Positions 9,257 to 10,359 of a DNA stretch of 10,359 nt are shown in pieces; the first letter of the stretch is position 1, and each line of letters begins with the position of its first letter. The stretch is taken from positions 1-10,359 of the forward strand of contig JBHHYO010000086.1 of assembly GCA_046757665.1 (NCBI GenBank), in the 5' to 3' direction. A program made the position numbers and the translations under genes. The stretch comes from Nitrospinales bacterium. Its GTDB lineage: Bacteria > Nitrospinota > Nitrospinia > Nitrospinales > JAJDAT01. Under the pieces are notes generated by a model, which did not search any database, was not told the origin of the DNA, and worked only from the letters and a program-made list of their open reading frames with translations.

Positions 9257-9286
9257 GCGTTTTCTTTTCCCGGCCCCGCTCCGGTT

Positions 9287-9315
9287 TTGCGCCACCCCGC
9301 TTAATATTGTATGAT
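9287..9315 (+). promoter_or_regulatory. sigma70-like promoter divergent from the pyr promoter
   Basis: TTGCGC (9287-9292), 17 nt spacer, TATGAT (9310-9315). Confidence 0.45.
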
Positions 9316-9346
9316 TCAGTGCGGGTTCAGGGTTCGGAAACCGTTC

Positions 9347-9439
9347 GCCACCGACACGCAAATCGACCAACTGGCGTACGAATTATACGACTTGACGGCA
9401 CGGGAAATCGCCATTGTGGAGGGTAAAGATCAAGGTTAA
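9347..9439 (+). pseudogene. Relic C-terminal tail of a Type IIG (Eco57I/TaqI-C-like) restriction-modification protein
   Basis: Translates as ATDTQIDQLAYELYDLTAREIAIVEGKDQG* (TAA 9437-9439), closely matching the recalled terminal motif xTDxxIDxLVYxLYxLTxxEIxIVE. An in-frame stop at 9302-9304 leaves no room for the rest of the gene. Confidence 0.75.
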
Positions 9440-9498
9440 CCACAAGGGCAGGGGAAAAGAGAACTTTGTATCACACGGGATTCTTTGCCGTCGCCGGT

Positions 9499-9597
9499 GT
9501 CATCGCGAGCCGCGGCCGGCGGCGTGGCGATCCATCCGGACCACGCCCGGTGGGAATGGTCCTTTCTGGATTGCTTCGGCTATCGCCTCGCAATGAC
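9499..9597. repeat. Composite palindromic REP-like element (CGTC-type / RPE-like)
   Basis: Terminal inverted repeats GTCATCGCGAG (9499-9509) / CTCGCAATGAC (9587-9597), 1 mismatch. Inner stems GCGATCCA/TGGATTGC (9527-9534 / 9567-9574) and GGACCA/TGGTCC (9538-9543 / 9557-9562). Side hairpins GCCGC/GCGGC and GGC-TATC-GCC. Confidence 0.8.
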
Positions 9598-9624
9598 GGT
9601 CCAACAAGTCCACTTAGGCAAAGG

Positions 9625-9645
9625 TCTCCTTTACAAAAAGGGGGA
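9625..9645. repeat. Short hairpin of the CCCCCTTT-n-AAAGGGGG REP-like type
   Basis: TCTCCTTT-ACAA-AAAGGGGG forms an 8-bp stem including G-U pairs. Confidence 0.4.
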
Positions 9646-9683
9646 GGGAATCGCCATCGTTTCCACTGGAGCAAAAGCATTTG

Positions 9684-10082
9684 ATGAGCTTTGACGGAAA
9701 TAAAAAAGAGTATCGATTTACCGACAGAGAGTGTCAGGAGTTTGTTCACACGTTTGTGGTCGATATTGAGCTTCTGCTTGAATATTTCAAGGAAAACTCC
9801 CACCTCAGCCCTTTCATACCCTTCATAGCGGAAGTTGCCGAAGACCCTTATGAAATCTGGCAAATGTTCCAGAAAAATGAGGCAAGCGGGCGGGTTCGAT
9901 TACGATATTACTTCGTCAAGGTCTTAGAGCTGGAGGAGGGACCGCACGGATTTGTCCTGATTTTCGAGGCGTTGGATGGCGAAAACAAAAGCGTAGAATT
10001 TCAACTTTTCGACGGAGATGATTGCTCCGACCGTCTGAACAGCTACCGGGCCGGGAAACTGATTTACGTCCAAGATGATTAG
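9684..10082 (+). CDS. Small acidic protein (132 aa; 133 aa from TTG 9681), probable stand-alone PBECR2-like (BECR nuclease-fold) domain
   Basis: Open frame with GGAG at 9668-9671. The pattern SPFIPFIAEVAEDPYEIW..F.KNE.SGRV.LR...VK...G.VLIFE...LNSYRAGKLIY resembles my recollection of PBECR2 domains at the C-terminus of MuF/phage head morphogenesis proteins. The CDS is well supported; the family call is moderate. Confidence 0.6.
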   Translation: MSFDGNKKEYRFTDRECQEFVHTFVVDIELLLEYFKENSHLSPFIPFIAEVAEDPYEIWQMFQKNEASGRVRLRYYFVKVLELEEGPHGFVLIFEALDGENKSVEFQLFDGDDCSDRLNSYRAGKLIYVQDD

Positions 10083-10088
10083 CAGGTT

Positions 10089-10112
10089 GCTGAGCTTGCC
10101 GAAGGGCGGCAA
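10089..10112. repeat. REP-like half motif / hairpin immediately after the stop codon
   Basis: GCTGAGCTTGCCGAAGGG resembles the widespread CTGAGCTTGTCGAAGG / CCTTCGACAAGCTCAG palindromic repeat arm. It also forms the hairpin TTGCCG-AAGGG-CGGCAA (10096-10112). Confidence 0.45.
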
Positions 10113-10232
10113 AAACCCGCGCCACTTGTTTTTCCCGGTCTCCGGTCTCCCCCAGCGCCGGGGCACCATGCTGGCATCTACGACCTTTGACGGCCGCCGC
10201 CGGTCTCCGTGCTTTCCCCGCCCGACCCGCCA

Positions 10233-10261
10233 TTGAATCGCTTAAAACAACGTGTTACGAT
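10233..10261 (+). promoter_or_regulatory. sigma70-like promoter for the gene starting at 10311
   Basis: TTGAAT (10233-10238), 17 nt spacer containing TG at 10253-10254, TACGAT (10256-10261). Confidence 0.6.
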
Positions 10262-10310
10262 GACCCCATGCAGTTGTCAGAGGTCGGTTGGCGGTTGTTT
10301 ACGACTAAAT

Positions 10311-10359
10311 ATGGAACATATTTTCTTCAACATTGCCTTGATCAGCTATCTCGTCGCCT
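10311..10359 (+). CDS. Partial N-terminus of a membrane protein, possibly CcsA/ResC-type cytochrome c assembly protein; runs off the window
   Basis: MEHIFFNIALISYLVA... is a hydrophobic first-helix pattern downstream of a good promoter. Only 16 codons are visible and there is no strong SD, so the product is tentative. Confidence 0.4.
   Translation, partial: MEHIFFNIALISYLVA

Noticed and set aside
9321-9352. GGTTCGGAAACC...CGCCACC resembling a tRNA T-arm/3' end (possible att site)
   Set aside because: No proper 5-bp T-stem with 7-nt loop, no cloverleaf, and no second copy in the window.
9414-9863. Short ORFs 9414..9596, 9466..9684, 9485..9694 (+) and 9471..9863 (-)
   Set aside because: They read through the palindromic repeat or antisense to the 9684 gene, and have no coherent protein features.
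10096-10115. Hairpin after the 9684 ORF as an intrinsic terminator
   Set aside because: It is followed by A's on the plus strand and has no U-tract on its 3' side in either orientation; kept only as a REP-like motif.
9916-10233. Minus-strand ORFs 9916..10233 and 9924..10169
   Set aside because: Overlap the plus-strand CDS and repeat-containing intergenic DNA; no recognisable motifs.
1-10359. CRISPR array, tRNA/rRNA genes, intact transposase or integrase
   Set aside because: No regularly spaced repeats, cloverleaf structures or recombinase motifs were seen by eye.

Overview
Most of the window is a minus-strand pyrimidine biosynthesis operon: pyrR-pyrB-pyrC-carA-[291-aa hypothetical]-carB (9089 to 1110). 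It is preceded by a sigma70-like promoter and a PyrR attenuator (binding loop plus intrinsic terminator) that can be read from the sequence. The hypothetical gene overlaps both carA and carB by 1 nt (TGATG / TAATG). On the left, a convergent plus-strand gene encodes an exported CsgG/TolB-N-like + FlgT-C-like protein, with divergent promoters at the window edge. Right of the operon is a ~1 kb accessory-looking islet (about 9290-10230) that the ORF track mostly misses. It contains a ~30-codon relic resembling the C-terminal tail of a Type IIG (Eco57I-like) restriction-modification protein, a ~100-nt multi-branched palindromic REP-like element, other REP-like fragments, and a small stand-alone ORF resembling the PBECR2 nuclease-fold domain of MuF-type phage toxins. 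The window ends with a good promoter and the first 16 codons of a membrane protein. Family calls outside the pyr genes come from motif recall, not database searches. No complete novel system is demonstrated; the best leads are the carA-carB intercalated gene and the islet.
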